Shown piece after piece: positions 1 through 13,139 of a stretch of DNA of 64,000 nucleotides. Made by a program: the position numbers and the translations under genes. Position 1 is the first letter of the stretch; each line of letters begins with the position of its first letter. Source of the stretch: Ranitomeya imitator (taxonomy: Eukaryota); contig NC_091291.1 of NCBI RefSeq assembly GCF_032444005.1, positions 20,336,001 to 20,400,000 on the forward strand. The letters run 5' to 3'. Below the pieces are notes generated by a model, which searched no databases, was not told where the DNA came from, and saw only the letters and a list, made by a program, of their open reading frames with translations.

Positions 1-1820
1 TATGTACACAGTGACTGCACCAGCAGAATAGTGAGTGCAGCTCTGGAGTATAATACAGGATGTAACTCAGAATCAGTAATGTAATGTATGTACACAGTGA
101 CTGCACCAGCAGAATAGTGAGTGCAGCTCTGGAGTATAATACAGGATGTAACTCAGGATCAGTAATGTAATATATGTACACAGTGACTGTACCAGCAGAA
201 TAGTGAGTGCAGCTCTGGGGTATAATACAGGATGTAACTCAGGATCAGTAATGTAATGTATGTACACAGTGACTGCACCAGCAGAATAGTGAGTGCAGCT
301 CTGGAGTATAATACAGGATGTAACTCAGGATCAGTAATGTATGTACACAGTGACTGCACCAGCAGAATAGTGAGTGCAGCTCTGGGGTATAATACAGGAT
401 GTAACTCAGGATCAGTAATGTATGTACACAGTGACTACACCAGCAGAATAGTGAGTGCAGCTCTGGGGTATAATACAGGAGGTAACTCAGGATCAGTAAT
501 GTAATGTATGTACAGAGTGACTGCACCAGCAGAATAGTGAGTGCAGCTCTGGGGTATAATACAGGATGTAACTCAGGATCAGTAATGTAATGTATGTACA
601 CAGTGACTGCACCAGCAGAATAGTGAGTGCAGCTCTGGGGGTATAATACAGGATGTAACTCCGGATCAGTAATGTAATGTATGTACACAGTGACTGCACC
701 AGCAGAATAGTGAGTGCAGCTCTGGGGTATAATACAGGATGTAACTCAGGATCAGTAATGTATGTACACAGTGACTACACCAGCAGAATAGTGAGTGCAG
801 CTCTGGGGTATAATACAGGAGGTAACTCAGGATCAGTAATGTAATGTATGTACACAGTGACTGCACCAGCAGAATAGTGAGTGCAGCTCTGGGGTATAAT
901 ACAGGATGTAACTCAGGATCAGTAATGTAATGTATGTACACAGAGACTGCACCAGCAGAATAGTGAGTGCAGCTCTGGGGTATAATACAGGATGTAACTC
1001 AGGATCAGTAATGTAATGTATGTACACAGTGAGTGCACCAGCAGAATAGTGAGTGCAGCTCTGGGGGTATAATACAGGATGTAACTCCGGATCAGTAATG
1101 TAATGTATGTACACAGTGACTGCACCAGCAGAATAGTGAGTGCAGCTCTGGGGTATAATACAGGATGTAACTCAGGATCAGTAATGTATGTACACAGTGA
1201 CTACACCAGCAGAATAGTGAGTGCAGCTCTGGGGTATAATACAGGAGGTAACTCAGGATCAGTAATGTAATGTATGTACACAGTGACTGCACCAGCAGAA
1301 TAGTGAGTGCAGCTCTGGGGTATAATACAGGATGTAACTCCGGATCAGTAATGTAATGTATGTACACAGTGACTGCACCAGCAGAATAGTGAGTGCAGCT
1401 CTGGGGTATAATACAGGATGTAACTCAGGATCAGTAATGTATGTACACAGTGACTACACCAGCAGAATAGTGAGTGCAGCTCTGGGGTATAATACAGGAG
1501 GTAACTCAGGATCAGTAATGTAATGTATGTACACAGTGACTGCACCAGCAGAATAGTGAGTGCAGCTCTGGGGTATAATACAGGATGTAACTCCGGATCA
1601 GTAATGTATGTACACAGTGACTACACCAGCAGAATAGTGAGTGCAGCTCTGGGGTATAATACAGGAGGTAACTCAGGATCAGTAATGTAATGTATGTACA
1701 CAGTGACTGCACCAGCAGAATAGTGAGTGCAGCTCTGGGGTATAATACCGGATGTAACTCAGGATCAGTAATGTAATGTATGTACACAGTGACTGCACCA
1801 GCAGAATAGTGAGTGCAGCT
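1..1820 (+). repeat. 86-bp satellite array 1 (runs off the window start), with 81-bp variants and higher-order periods
   Basis: Tandem unit GTAATGTAATGTATGTACACAGTGACTGCACCAGCAGAATAGTGAGTGCAGCTCTGGGGTATAATACAGGATGTAACTCAGGATCA. The 81-bp variant lacks one GTAAT. The marker CCGG recurs at 661, 1087, 1340 and 1593 (periods 426 and 253). Confidence 0.98.
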
Positions 1821-2766
1821 CATTGTCCTTGCTGTGATTGATACATCATCTTCTTACCTAAGTTGCCTCTTTGTCTTGCAAATATCATAATAATGTTATA
1901 TTCTGCTTTTATACGTTGTGCAACATATTATGTCATATGGTTCCTTCACACCATGATGAGCGCTGCTCTGTGTGACTGCGTGTAGCGACACTTGTTCTGA
2001 TAGTATAATGTCATAACCTGCATCAATGTCTTGAATTGCCAAGTTGATAGGGCACCAGAGCAGAGTAAGGGGCTTAGGAAGCCAGTGGGGGACTGACGAG
2101 GAGCTCCAGCAGTAGACACAGATGAGTAGATAGGTGATTATTGTTTTTTACCTTTTAACAACCCTTTTGTTCAGAAGTAAAAGTTGTGGTTAGATTACTA
2201 ACAATTATTGTGTTCTAGTCTCTTAGGTAGCAATCAAGCTGTTTTCTCTAGATCTTGTAAGTGCTGCTCTGCTGTAACTGGCCATCTTCAGTGCCGTGCA
2301 CTCTTCTGAAGCTGTGTCTGCTTGAAATATTAGAGAGGACAAATTTTGGTCCAGGGATGCAGGTTTGCTGTTGGCCAAAACTATCAATCCATCAAGCAGG
2401 AAACCATGAGGACGTGGAGCGGTGCGCTCCCAAAAAATATTGATGAAAATAACCCTTTGCTCTATTCTAAAACTGCCAACTTCTCCTCTCCAGGCCAGCG
2501 TGACAGTAGACCGTACAGTAGACCGTAGTCGGCCATCTCCTGGGTTTCGACATCTTTTTTAAATACAGGATAGAAAGCTCTTCAGTAACATCAACTCCAT
2601 TGATACAATATTACGACAAATCACATGATCAGCTCCAACCAAGAAAAGACTTCAAAGCCAACAGGAATGAAAGCGAGCAGAAGTCAAAGTCTTTCTTAAA
2701 AAAGACTTGCAAGAAAAAGTCTATAGATAAAAATCGAAGGCGAAAATAAAATTATACATATAGATA

Positions 2767-5030
2767 CAGGTGCACGTCACAAAGTTAGAATAGAATCAAA
2801 AAGTTAATTTATTTCAGTTCTTCAATACAAAAAGTGAAACTCATATATTATATACACTGCGTGCAGAATTATTAGGCAAGTTGTATTTTGATCACATGAT
2901 CCTTTTTATACATGTTGTCCTACTCCAAGCTGTTCAGGCTCGAGAGCCAACTACCAATGAAGTAAATCAGGTGATTGCATCTCTGTAATGAGGAGCTGTG
3001 TTGTCTAATGACATCAGAACCCTATATAAGGTGTGCGTAATTATTAGGCAACTTCCTTTCATTTGGCAAAATGGGTCAGAAGAGATATTTGACGGCTCTG
3101 AAAAGTCCAAAATTGTGAGATGTCTTGCAGAGGGAGGCAGCAGTCTTGAAATTGCCAAACTTTGGAAGCGTGATCAACGAACAATCAAGCGTTTCATGGC
3201 AAAGAGCCAACAGGGTCGCAAGAAGCGTGTTGGGCAAAAAAGGCGCAAAATAACTGCCCATGAATTGAGGAACATCAAGCGTGAAGCTGCCAAGATGCCA
3301 TTTGCCACCAGTTTCGCCATATTTCAAAGCTGCAACGTTACTGGAGTAACAAAAAGCACAAGGTGTGTGATACTCGGGGACATGGCCAAGGTAAGGAAGG
3401 CTGAAAAACGACCACCTCTGAACAAGAAACATAAGATGAAACGTCAAGACTGGGCCAAGAAACATCTTAACACTGACTATTCAAAGGTTTTATGGACTGA
3501 TGAAATGAGAGCGACTCTTGATGGGCCAGATGGACGGGCCAGAGGCTGGATCAGTAAAGGACAGAGAGCTCCACTCCGACTCAGACGCCAGCAAGGTGGA
3601 GGTGGGGGACTGGTATGTGCTGGTATCATCAAAGATGGACTTGTGGGACCTTTTCGGGTTGAGGATGGAGTGAAGCTCAACTCCCAGACCTACTACCAGT
3701 TTCTGGAAGACGACTTCTTCAAGCAGTGGTACAGGAATAAGTCGGTATCGTTCAAGAAAAACATGATTTTCATGCAGGACAATGTTCCATCACATGCCTC
3801 CAACTACTCCACAGCGTGGCCGGCCAGTAATGGTCTCAAAGAAGAAAAAATAATGACATGGCCCCTTGTTCACCTGATCTGGACCCCACAGAGAACCTGT
3901 GGTCCCTCATAAAATGTGAGATCTACAGGGAGGGAGAACAGTCCACCTCTCGGAGCAGTGTCTGGAGGCTGTGGTGGCCGCTGCGCGCAATGTTGGTCGT
4001 AAACAGATCAAGCAACTGACAGAATCTATGGATGGAGGCTGCTGAGTGTCATCATAAATAAAGGGGGATACATTGGTCACTCATTTTGGGGGGTTTTGTT
4101 TTTGAATGTCAGAAATGTTTATTTCTAAATTTTGTGCAGTTATATTGGTTTACCTGGTGAAAATAAACAAGTGAGATGGGAATATATTTGGTTTTTATTA
4201 AGTTGCCTAATAATTCTGCACAGTAATAGTTACCTGCACAAACAGATGTCCTCCTAAGAGCCAAATCTAAAAAAAACCACTCCAACTTCCAAAAATATTA
4301 AGCTTTGATATTTGAGTCTTTTGGGTTGATTGAGAACATAGTTGTTGATCAATAATAAAATAATTCTGCGCACAGTGTAGAGTCATTACAAACAGAGTGA
4401 TGTATTTCACGTGTTTATTTCTGTTAATGTTGATGATTATGGCTTACAGCCAATGAAAACCCAAACATCATTATCTCAGTAAATTAGAATACTTTATAAC
4501 ACCAGCTGAAAAAAGTATTTTAAAATTCGAAATGTTCACCTACTGAAATGCATGTTCAATAAATGCACTCAATACTTGGTCGCGGCTCCTTTTGCATCAA
4601 TTACTGCATCAATGCGGCGTGGCATGGAGGTGATCAGTTTGTGGCACTCCTGAGAGGTTATGGAAGCCCAGGTTGCTTTGTTAGCAGCCTTCAGCTCGTC
4701 TGCATTGTTGGATCTGGTGTCATTCATGTTCCTCTTGATTCTCCATGGGGGTAAGGTGACGCGAGTTTCCTGGCCAATAAAGCTCAGTGATACTCTTGTT
4801 TTTACACCAGGTATTGGTACTTTTGTCAGTGTGGACAGGGGCCAACTCCTGCTGGAGAATGAAATTTCCATCTCCAAAAAGCTTGTCGGCAGAGGGAAGC
4901 ATGAAGTGCTCTATAATGTCCTGGTAGATGGCTGAGCTGACTTTGGTCTTGATAAAACACAATGGACCTCCACCAGCAGATGACACGGGTCCCCAAACCA
5001 TCACTGATTGTGGAGACTTCACACTAGACC
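2767..5030 (-). mobile_element. Truncated Tc1/mariner element (3' TIR plus C-terminal transposase remnant), interrupted by a second Tc1
   Basis: TA then CAGGTG start at 2765-2772. The TIR continues after the insertion at 4380. Minus-strand ORFs give SVMVWG...YQDIIEHFMLPSA...QQELAPVH and RRIDAVIDAKGAATKY, typical of a Tc1 C-terminus, with frameshifts. Confidence 0.9.
2855..4377 (+). mobile_element. Full-length IR/DR-type Tc1 element with frameshifted transposase, nested in the TIR of another Tc1
   Basis: Ends CACTGCGTGCAGAATTA / TAATTCTGCGCACAGTG are flanked by TA (2853-54, 4378-79). Inner DRs lie near 3035 and 4205. Transposase motifs are WTDE, FMQDN and a decayed WP..SPDL.P.EN. The likely ATG at 3070 is out of frame and there is a second frameshift near 3865. 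Confidence 0.93.
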
Positions 5031-5034
5031 TTGG

Positions 5035-5191
5035 AAATCATATCGACCTATATTTACCGTCATCATAACATATAAAATTTCCAGATAAAAGAATCTCAAA
5101 ATCACTGGGATACGTGTAAACATTTTGGAGTTATTTCCACATAAAGTGACACGCAAGATTTGAAAAATTTGGCCTTGTCACTAAGGGGTTA
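5035..5191. mobile_element. End fragment of a TTAA-type (T2/Kolobok-like) MITE
   Basis: Ends in GGCCTTGTCACTAAGGGGTTAA. Similar ...GGGTTAA ends occur near 13018 and 28855. Family assignment is inference. Confidence 0.5.
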
Positions 5192-6074
5192 AAAAGGAGG
5201 CAGCAGTTGCAACTGAGTCCTGCTATGTTAGAAGATACTTGTGTTCCAGGGGGCCAGGGAAGGGCAGAAAAAGGGGACCAGTTACGTCTTTAGAGGAGAC
5301 AGTCCCTAAGAGCGTTATACAGATCCCGAATGCCACGTATATCTACATTGTAATTTCATTGATCCTTTGGTTTCTTATTTTAGCCCTTTGGCTCCTTTAG
5401 TGTCAGACATCACTGCAGTTCTGGAATGCAGTTTAAATGTGAGAACAAAGAATTCTTAGAGAACACATAAAAATGAAATAAATGGAAATCTATTAATCCA
5501 ATAAAAATTGTGAACATCATTAGGAAGCCGAACAACTGCCACCCGGGGGCCCCCCTGGAACTTCAGTAATGAATAATATCACTATGATGTGCCAATGTAA
5601 ACCGAACCAAGAATAGAAATGCAAGTGGAGGAGTTTTATAAATCTCACTGTTGTTTGCTAAGAACAGATGTTAAAATGGAAAAACATGTGAAATTCCAAG
5701 GATTAGAAATCTCTTTTGAGTCTTTATTATTTCTTCTTAATTACAGGGCAGTGGGTTTTGGTGGCACTTGTTTTCCGCAGTTTTTATTCTTTCCCAGATT
5801 GCAGTATATGTATTGACGAAATGCCCTAGGATGCAGACATGTACTAATCCATAAAATGGTTCACATTGCAACACATTCATCAACAAAGCAGACTGCAAAA
5901 TACATTTAGTGGAATTCGCCAGTGCCCCCCTTCAAAATGTAAATGATACAGCATTAGAGGATATATAACTGGGCACAAAGTGACTACATTTACTTCATTG
6001 TATAAGGTGCGAATCCTCACAGTTCAAGATCTGGGTGGACACGTGGGCCATGGCTGTTGGTGCTCCATGTATGT

Positions 6075-6600
6075 GCTGCAACTGGAAAACAGGTAGCAGA
6101 GTTATTGGAAGCTGCAGGCAGACAGGAGACTTCCTGAAGATCGAAAGCAGACAGGAGATGTCCTGGAAACCACAGACCAGAACCAGAATTGCTGGAAGCC
6201 GCAGGCAGATAGGAGACATCCTTGAGACCTCAGACAGGCAGCAGGTTTACTGGGAGCCACATTCAGACAGGAGATGTACTGGAGATCACAGACCAGTACT
6301 ACAATTGCTGGAAGCCGCAGGCAGACAGGAGAAATCCTGGAGACCACAAACAGGAGGCAGGGTTAACAGAAGCTGCAAAAAGACATGAGATGTCTGGGAG
6401 AATTGAGACAGGTAGCAAAGTTCCTGGAATATGCAGGCAGATCGGAGATGTCATGGAGACCGAAGAGAGCCAGCAGTTTTTATTGAAAGTTGCAGGCAGA
6501 CAGGAGATGTCCTGGAGTTATTAATGGTACTGAAAGCCTTAGACAGGTAACTCGGGGACTAGAAACCACAGGCTGGCAAGAAAAATCCTGCAGACTGTGG
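6075..6600. repeat. Degenerate tandem repeat of about 41 bp
   Basis: Recurrent (C/G)TGGAAGCCGCAGGCAGACAGGAGATGTCCTGGAGACCACAGAC-like units with heavy divergence. Confidence 0.75.
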
Positions 6601-8435
6601 ACAGGAATTGTGCATCAAAAAACTGAAAGTCTTACTAGAAAGTCTTAAAGGGAATCTGTCAGCAGGTTTTTGCTATGAAATCTGAAAACAGCATGCTGTA
6701 GGGTTTAAAACACAGATTTCAGCAAGGCCTCTCTTATCAAGCTCTGTGCTTTTGTTTATTTGCAATGTTTGTTTTAGCCCCAGGAGCATTTCATTGCTTG
6801 CACACAGCAGTGTAGGCCTCCTGTGACAAGCAGCTCAGAGTCTATAACCATTGTATATGCAGAGGCAGGTGTGGGCGAGGCTAGCTTTCTCAGCTCTGCT
6901 CCATTGCTAAATCTAAAAACTCTGATTGGGTCAGATTCGCTGCATCCAGTAGGGAACTGAGCCTAGACCCGGGACAGGTGTGTAACAATTGAAATCAAGG
7001 GTCCCATCTGTGGATGCACTCGAATCACATTTTTCAGAGCTTCGGATAAAAGCTCCGACAAAGCCACCGCCGTGTACCAAAGATGAATGTGAACCCAGCC
7101 TTAAACACGTCTCTTGCTCACACCACCTCAAGGCCATAATAAATATAAACTAATAAATTAATGCATTTTATAACTCTTCTTTTTTCGCCCCAAATTTCTA
7201 TAGGGTCCTGTTTGCATAATTCTGTTGCCTTTTTTTTTACATGAAAAACTCCCAATAAAAACCTAGTTTTGTATTGAAGCATCTATTGAGCATGTCCAAC
7301 GATAAATTTAAAGAGAAAATGAGCAGGGTCATGACATATTGTGATTGGTGGATATCAGCTGTGATATCATCTGTGTACGAAAATGGATTTTGTGGGGTGA
7401 TTTAGATTCCTAAGTCATGTGGGTGGTGGTGATAGCTCTAATAGGTGGTGCTAGCCTTCAAGTCTTCCTCTCTGAAAAGTCTATTTGCATACTTAAATTC
7501 CCAAAGGAGCATTGCATGGCCCATAAGTCTCCTAACACTGGCCTAGCACTCCACAAGGAGAAAAGTTCCTCTTAGATCGTCTCTCGTTGTAATCCTGCCT
7601 CTGATGATAAAGAAACTGCTGAAAGCTAATCCTGAAAAGATAGGAAGTAGGAATCTAAACTAATCCTAGCGGCCATTGTGAACATTGCAATATTACTAAT
7701 TTTATTTCTTAATTATTTCTTAATAAAGACCGTGGTATATACAGAAAAAAGTGAACTGGAGTACAAGTTGGTATGCATGCAAAATAGGAGCATGCTCACA
7801 CTGGCTATTAGACAGACAAAATCCATGACAGTTACAAATTGAACAAGTACCCTGCTGTAAAAAGATAAGAAAAAGCAATAGTGCATATAGATAACATTAG
7901 GTATTTAGTAAACACGGTTATTGGTAAAAAAAAATAAAGTAAAAAAGTAAAACCCATCCTACCAATGTCAAGGCGTACTCAAATTCGGCCTGGTCCTATC
8001 TTCTATTATTAAAGCCTTATCGTGCTTCATAGTGACGTTAGTGTGGATAAAGGCTGAGCAAGAGCCGGTCCCAAACCTGGACACGCAGCAAGTGGAGAGC
8101 TTTTTGAATGTCCAGCTCAAAGGAAGGGAAACCACAACCTTACTTGCACTAAATGCTGAAAACTAAAATGAAACTGAAAAAAAAAATGATTTGGAGCATG
8201 TTCACACTGGCCATCAAACAAACGAACACAAGATAAAAAGAAAATGAATGAATACCCTGCTGTAAGTAAATAAGTAAAAGTACTAAAAGTGCATATACAG
8301 GTATTGTACATATGACCAGGTTTTAAATACATCAGATAGGGATTACAGACATTAGTTAGGACTGCTCTGATATGGGTATACCTTGACGTTTGGTAGAGCG
8401 GCTTAATATACATTTTTTGCAAAAAACGTATCAAC

Positions 8436-9140
8436 TAGGGTTGAGCGAAACGGGTCGGCCAGATTCAGAAGTCGCCGACTTTTGGCAAAGTCACGTTTCA
8501 TGAAACCCGACCCGACCCCTGTGTGGGGTCGGCCATGAGGTCGGCGATCTTCTGAACTGGAATCGGAATTCCGATACTGATTCCTGATATGTTTAAGATA
8601 TCGGGAATCGGTATCGGAATTCAGATTTAAGTGTAAAATAAAGAATAAAAATAAAAAATATTGCTATACTCACCCTTGGACGCGCCCTGGTTGTAACTGG
8701 GAGCCTTCCTTCCTAAGAATGAGCGCCTGAAGGACCTTTCGATGACGTCGCGGCTTGTGATTGGTCGCGTGACGCCCATGTGACCGCTCACGCGACCAAT
8801 CACAAGCCGCAACGTCATCGAAAGGTCCTTCAGGCGCTCATTCTTAGGAAGGAAGGCTTCCGGTTACAACCAGGGCGCGTCCGAGGGTGAGTATAGCAAT
8901 ATTTTTTATTTTTATTCTTTATTTTACACATTAATATGGATCGCAGGGCCTGAAGGAGAGTTTCCTCTCCTTCAGACCCTGGGAACCATTAGAAACCCAA
9001 TGCACTGCATTGGGTTTCGTGTTTCGGCCGACCCCGACTTTTCTATAGGATCGGCCGATTTCACTCGACCCAACTTTTGAAAAAGTCGGGTTTCGTGAAA
9101 CCCGACCCGATTCTATAAAAACAAAAGTCGCTCAACCCTA
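8436..9140. mobile_element. hAT-type MITE (705 bp) with an 8-bp TSD and a long central palindrome
   Basis: TIRs TAGGGTTGAGCGA / TCGCTCAACCCTA. TSD GTATCAAC at 8428-8435 and 9141-9148. Near-perfect inverted arms of about 125 bp span about 8645-8915. A paralogous empty site is at about 12311. Confidence 0.92.
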
Positions 9141-9318
9141 GTATCAACCAAATACCCTGTTTTTTCCATCTTTTTACTAGCACTTGCTGTCCACTGTGAT
9201 TTTTTTTGCAACAGAGTCTTTTTGGTTTTACTGTGCTTTTTTGTGTTTTCAAGTCTGTTGGTGGTGTGAACATGTCTCTACGGACTTGTTCACTGTGCGC
9301 GCAGCTCATGTGTTCTGG

Positions 9319-9349
<31 letters not shown>

Positions 9350-9960
9350 GCATTAAGTTCTGATCATTACCAAGTATAAGGTGTCCTACTTCCCCCTTTT
9401 GTTCTCTTGTATTGTGAATGACTATGTTTGTTCTATTGTAAGCTTTGTGTAAAGAAGAATTTTATCTTTTCATATTGAAAGATGATAACCCAAGAGGCCA
9501 CTGTTAATAATACAATATTACTATTTTTTAAATTATTAATTATACCAATGCAGGTCTTAATTAGATGCACCTGGCTAGATTTAATTAAGAACCAGGAAAT
9601 GATTTCACCCTGTGTCAGTCTGCTGGGTGTTGTGCAGAGTGGAGTGTGCTAATGCTGGTGAGTGACCAGCCAAAATGTGAGCCGTAGCTGGGAGAGAGAC
9701 AAGCCAGGGTCTCTCTCTCTGAATGGAGACTGCACGGGTCAGCTAGGAAAGCTGAGCAGTCTGTGTGTTGAAGCTGCAGAGTAACGTGTGGAATCTGTAG
9801 CCTTTTCCGTGTGAATTGCGCCCAAAGTTGAACATTTCTATTTGGAGCTGGAACTCAAGTTGAAAGTGATACCAAGACTGGCAGGACCTTATCTCTTCTG
9901 TGCATAAGTTTGCTCCAGGAGAAGGGAGTGTAATCTGTTTGGGCGACCGGCACTGACATA

Positions 9961-11527
9961 CAGTGGGGCAAAAAAGTATTTAGTCAGTCAGCAATAGTGC
10001 AAGTTCCATCACTTAAAAAGATGAGAGGCGTCTGTAATTTACATCATAGGTAGACCTCAACTATGGGAGACAAACTGAGAAAAAAAAATCCAGAAAATCA
10101 CATTGTCTGTTTTTTTAACATTTTATTTGCATATTATGGTGGAAAATAAGTATTTGGTCAGAAACAAAATTTCATCTCAATACTTTGTAATATATCCTTT
10201 GTTGGCAATGACAGAGGTCAAACGTTTTCTGTAAGTCTTCACAAGGTTGCCGCACACTGTTGTTGGTATGTTGGCCCATTCCTCCATGCAGATCTCCTCT
10301 AGAGCAGTGATGTTTTTGGCTTTTCGCTTGGCAACACGGACTTTCAACTCCCTCCAAAGGTTTTCTACAGGGTTGAGATCTGGAGACTGGCTAGGCCACT
10401 CCAGGACCTTGAAATGCTTCTTACGAAGCCACTCCTTCATTGCCCTGGCGGTGTGCTTTGGATCATTGTCATGTTGAAAGACCCAGCCATGTTTCATCTT
10501 CAATGCCCTTGCTGATGGAAGGAGGTTTGCACTCAAAATCTCACGATACATGGCCCCATTTATTCTTTCATGTACCCGGATCAGTCGTCCTGGCCCCTTT
10601 GCAGAGAAACAGCCCCAAAGCATGATGTTTCCACCACCATGCTTTACAGTAGGTATGGTGTTTGATGGATGAAACTCAGTATTCTTTTCCCTCCAAACAC
10701 GACAAGTTGTGTTTCTACCAAACAGTTCCAGTTTGGTTTCATCAGACCATAGGACATTCTCCCAAAACTCCTCTGGATCATCCAAATGCTCTCTAGCAAA
10801 CTTCAGACGGGCCCGGACATGTACTGGCTTAAGCAGTGGGACACGTCTGGCACTGCAGGATCTGAGTCCATGGTGGCGTAGTGTGTTACTTATGGTAGGC
10901 CTTGTTACATTGGTCCCAGCTCTCTGCAGTTCATTCACTAGGTCCCCCCGCGTGGTTCTGGGATTTTTGCTCACCGTTCTTGTGATCATTCTGACCCCAC
11001 GGGGAGGGATTTTGCGTGGAGCCCCAGATCGAGGGAGATTATCAGTGGTCTTGTATGTCTTCCATTTTCTAATTATTGCTCTCACTGTTGATTTCTTCAC
11101 TCCAAGCTGGTTGGCTATTGCAGATTCAGTCTTCCCAGCCTGGTGCAGGGCTACAATTTTGTTTCTGGTGTCCTTTGACAGCTCTTTGGTCTTCACCATA
11201 GTGGAGTTTGGAGTCAGACAAGTTTAAACAGGTGCCATTACTACAGGTAATGAGTGGAGGAAAGAGGAGCCTCTTAAAGAAGAAGTTACAGGTCTGTGAG
11301 AGCCAGAAATCTTGATTGTTTGTTTCTGACCAAATACTTATTTTCCACCATAATATGCAAAAAAAATGTTAAAAAAAACAGACAATGTGATTTTCTGGAT
11401 TTTTTTTTCTCAGTTTGTCTCCCATAGTTGAGGTCTACCTATGATGTAAATTACAGACGCCTCTCATCTTTTTAAGTGGTGGAACTTGCACTATTGCTGA
11501 CTGACTAAATACTTTTTTGCCCCACTG
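9961..11527 (-). mobile_element. Intact Tc1 transposon (1567 bp) with TIRs of about 208 bp
   Basis: TA|CAGTGGGGCAAAAAAGTATTTAGTCAGTC at both ends in inverted orientation, TA TSD, near-identical TIRs and an uninterrupted transposase. Confidence 0.97.
10177..11199 (-). CDS. Tc1 transposase, 340 aa, DD34E
   Basis: Paired-like HTH N-terminus, [28 protein letters not shown] and [14 protein letters not shown] count 34 residues between the second D and the E. Confidence 0.97.
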   Translation of the reverse strand: MVKTKELSKDTRNKIVALHQAGKTESAIANQLGVKKSTVRAIIRKWKTYKTTDNLPRSGAPRKIPPRGVRMITRTVSKNPRTTRGDLVNELQRAGTNVTRPTISNTLRHHGLRSCSARRVPLLKPVHVRARLKFAREHLDDPEEFWENVLWSDETKLELFGRNTTCRVWREKNTEFHPSNTIPTVKHGGGNIMLWGCFSAKGPGRLIRVHERINGAMYREILSANLLPSARALKMKHGWVFQHDNDPKHTARAMKEWLRKKHFKVLEWPSQSPDLNPVENLWRELKVRVAKRKAKNITALEEICMEEWANIPTTVCGNLVKTYRKRLTSVIANKGYITKY

Positions 11528-12083
11528 TATATGTGCTACTGAATGAACTGTTTATTTGCTGTTATACATTTATGCCCATAAGAGGCTGCTTTGGTAATGA
11601 ATCCCTTGGAGTTTTATGAAAGCAATAAAACTTTCATTCTAAATGATGCATTTATTTTTGGATGACAGTGTGAAAAGATTTTCATATTCTCCACCTTTAT
11701 ATATTTGAGCTCCAATGATTACAAAATATAAGGAGTTTATCTTCCCCCTTTTGTTCTCCTGTCCTGTACACATCTATGATTGTTGTGTCATAAATGTCGT
11801 TGAAAGCAGAATTTTATCTTTTTACATTGGAATTTTAGTAATAAGCCACATTTTTGCATTCAGACAGCTTAATTGAGCTTAACGGTGTCTGCTGTTCTTG
11901 TGATGCTAATGTACAACAAATAACAATGACAATTTATTACAAAAGGAAAAAAAGGAGGCTTAGCCTCAGGCAGCTCACCGACAACCACAGGTGCGCGGAA
12001 CTTCCAGGACATGGTGCGCCGGCGCATGCGCACTAATGCTTTTTGGCTTTGCCCGCAGTTGGTCAAAGCATACTGTGCATGCG

Positions 12084-12267
12084 CAAGGTATACCCATATA
12101 GAGCAGTCCTAACCAATCTATATTATCCCTATCTGATGTATTTAAAAACCTGATCATCTGTATAGTACCTGTATAAGCAGGGTTCAGAGAAGGAATATCC
12201 ATGTGGACATGCTGAGTGATAGGGATTATATACATTAGTTAGGACTGCTCTATATGGGTATACCTTG
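12084..12267. repeat. Inverted repeat (arms of about 50 bp) within a dispersed repeat also found at 8290-8435 and 9141-9290
   Basis: CAAGGTATACCCATATAGAGCAGTCCTAACC...CCCTATC versus GATAGGG...GTTAGGACTGCTCTATATGGGTATACCTTG. Confidence 0.85.
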
Positions 12268-13139
12268 ACGATTGGTGGAGCAGCTTAGTATACATTTTTT
12301 TGCAAAAAAAGTATCAACTAAAGACCCTGTTTTTTCTCCATCTTTTGACTAGCACTTGCTTATTACTATTATTTTTGGCCTCATTGTGCACTTTTGTGTC
12401 TTCAACATACTCAATGTAGTAGATTTTGATAAGGTGTGTACTCATTTTCGATTCAACCAATTGAAGTACAACTGAAGATTTTGTAATGAAAGTTGTATTA
12501 TTAACCTTACTTTCATGTTATGGATTAAAAAATGTTCTATGAAACTCTTGTCGAAATTGTGGAGATGGTTCTTACGATGAGTGAGATATCGGTTCAAATT
12601 ATACTTTTCAAAAGGGGTGTACTCATTTATACTGAGCTCTGTACGTAGCTGAAATGCACGAGAAATATCCCCAAAACAAATGCTGATGATGTTTTCACCA
12701 TTTTGCTGCAGTACATTTTTGTTTTTTTCATTTTCTAGTAAAGTATATGACAAAATGAAATGTGTCTTTCAAAATTCCATGTACAATCCATGGCTTTTGA
12801 AAAAAATGTAGGAAAAAAAACCAAAAGGGCAAAAATAAAAATTCACTGAGGTCGGAAGGGGTTAATTTACATGCAGCTCCAAAAAAAACCTCTGAAAAAT
12901 AATCTACAACTCATTTTGCAAAAAAAACAGCCATGTAGATGTAAAAAAAAGAGTTATGGTGGATAAAAAATGCATCGAACAATCAACGCCACGGTTGACT
13001 CAGTCCTCAAAGGGTTAAGGCACAAGAGGATTTCAGACTGGTAAGAAACTTTCTCTGCCTCCTTTATCTGGTGAAATAGCTGATTTCACAATTTATTTTT
13101 TATATATTTGACACCTAACTGGAGATGATTTTCATTTTG

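Noticed and set aside
1-1820. 86-bp arrays as CRISPR arrays or as protein-coding repeats (MYIHYITDPELHP... ORFs)
   Set aside because: The units are wholly repeated with no unique spacers, there are no cas genes and the context is eukaryotic. The ORFs simply follow the repeat period. The same applies to 40476-43675 and 54683-56063.
7598-7625. CTGATGA-TAAA-GAAAC as a hammerhead
   Set aside because: No stem II or stem I, and it lies in a MITE remnant.
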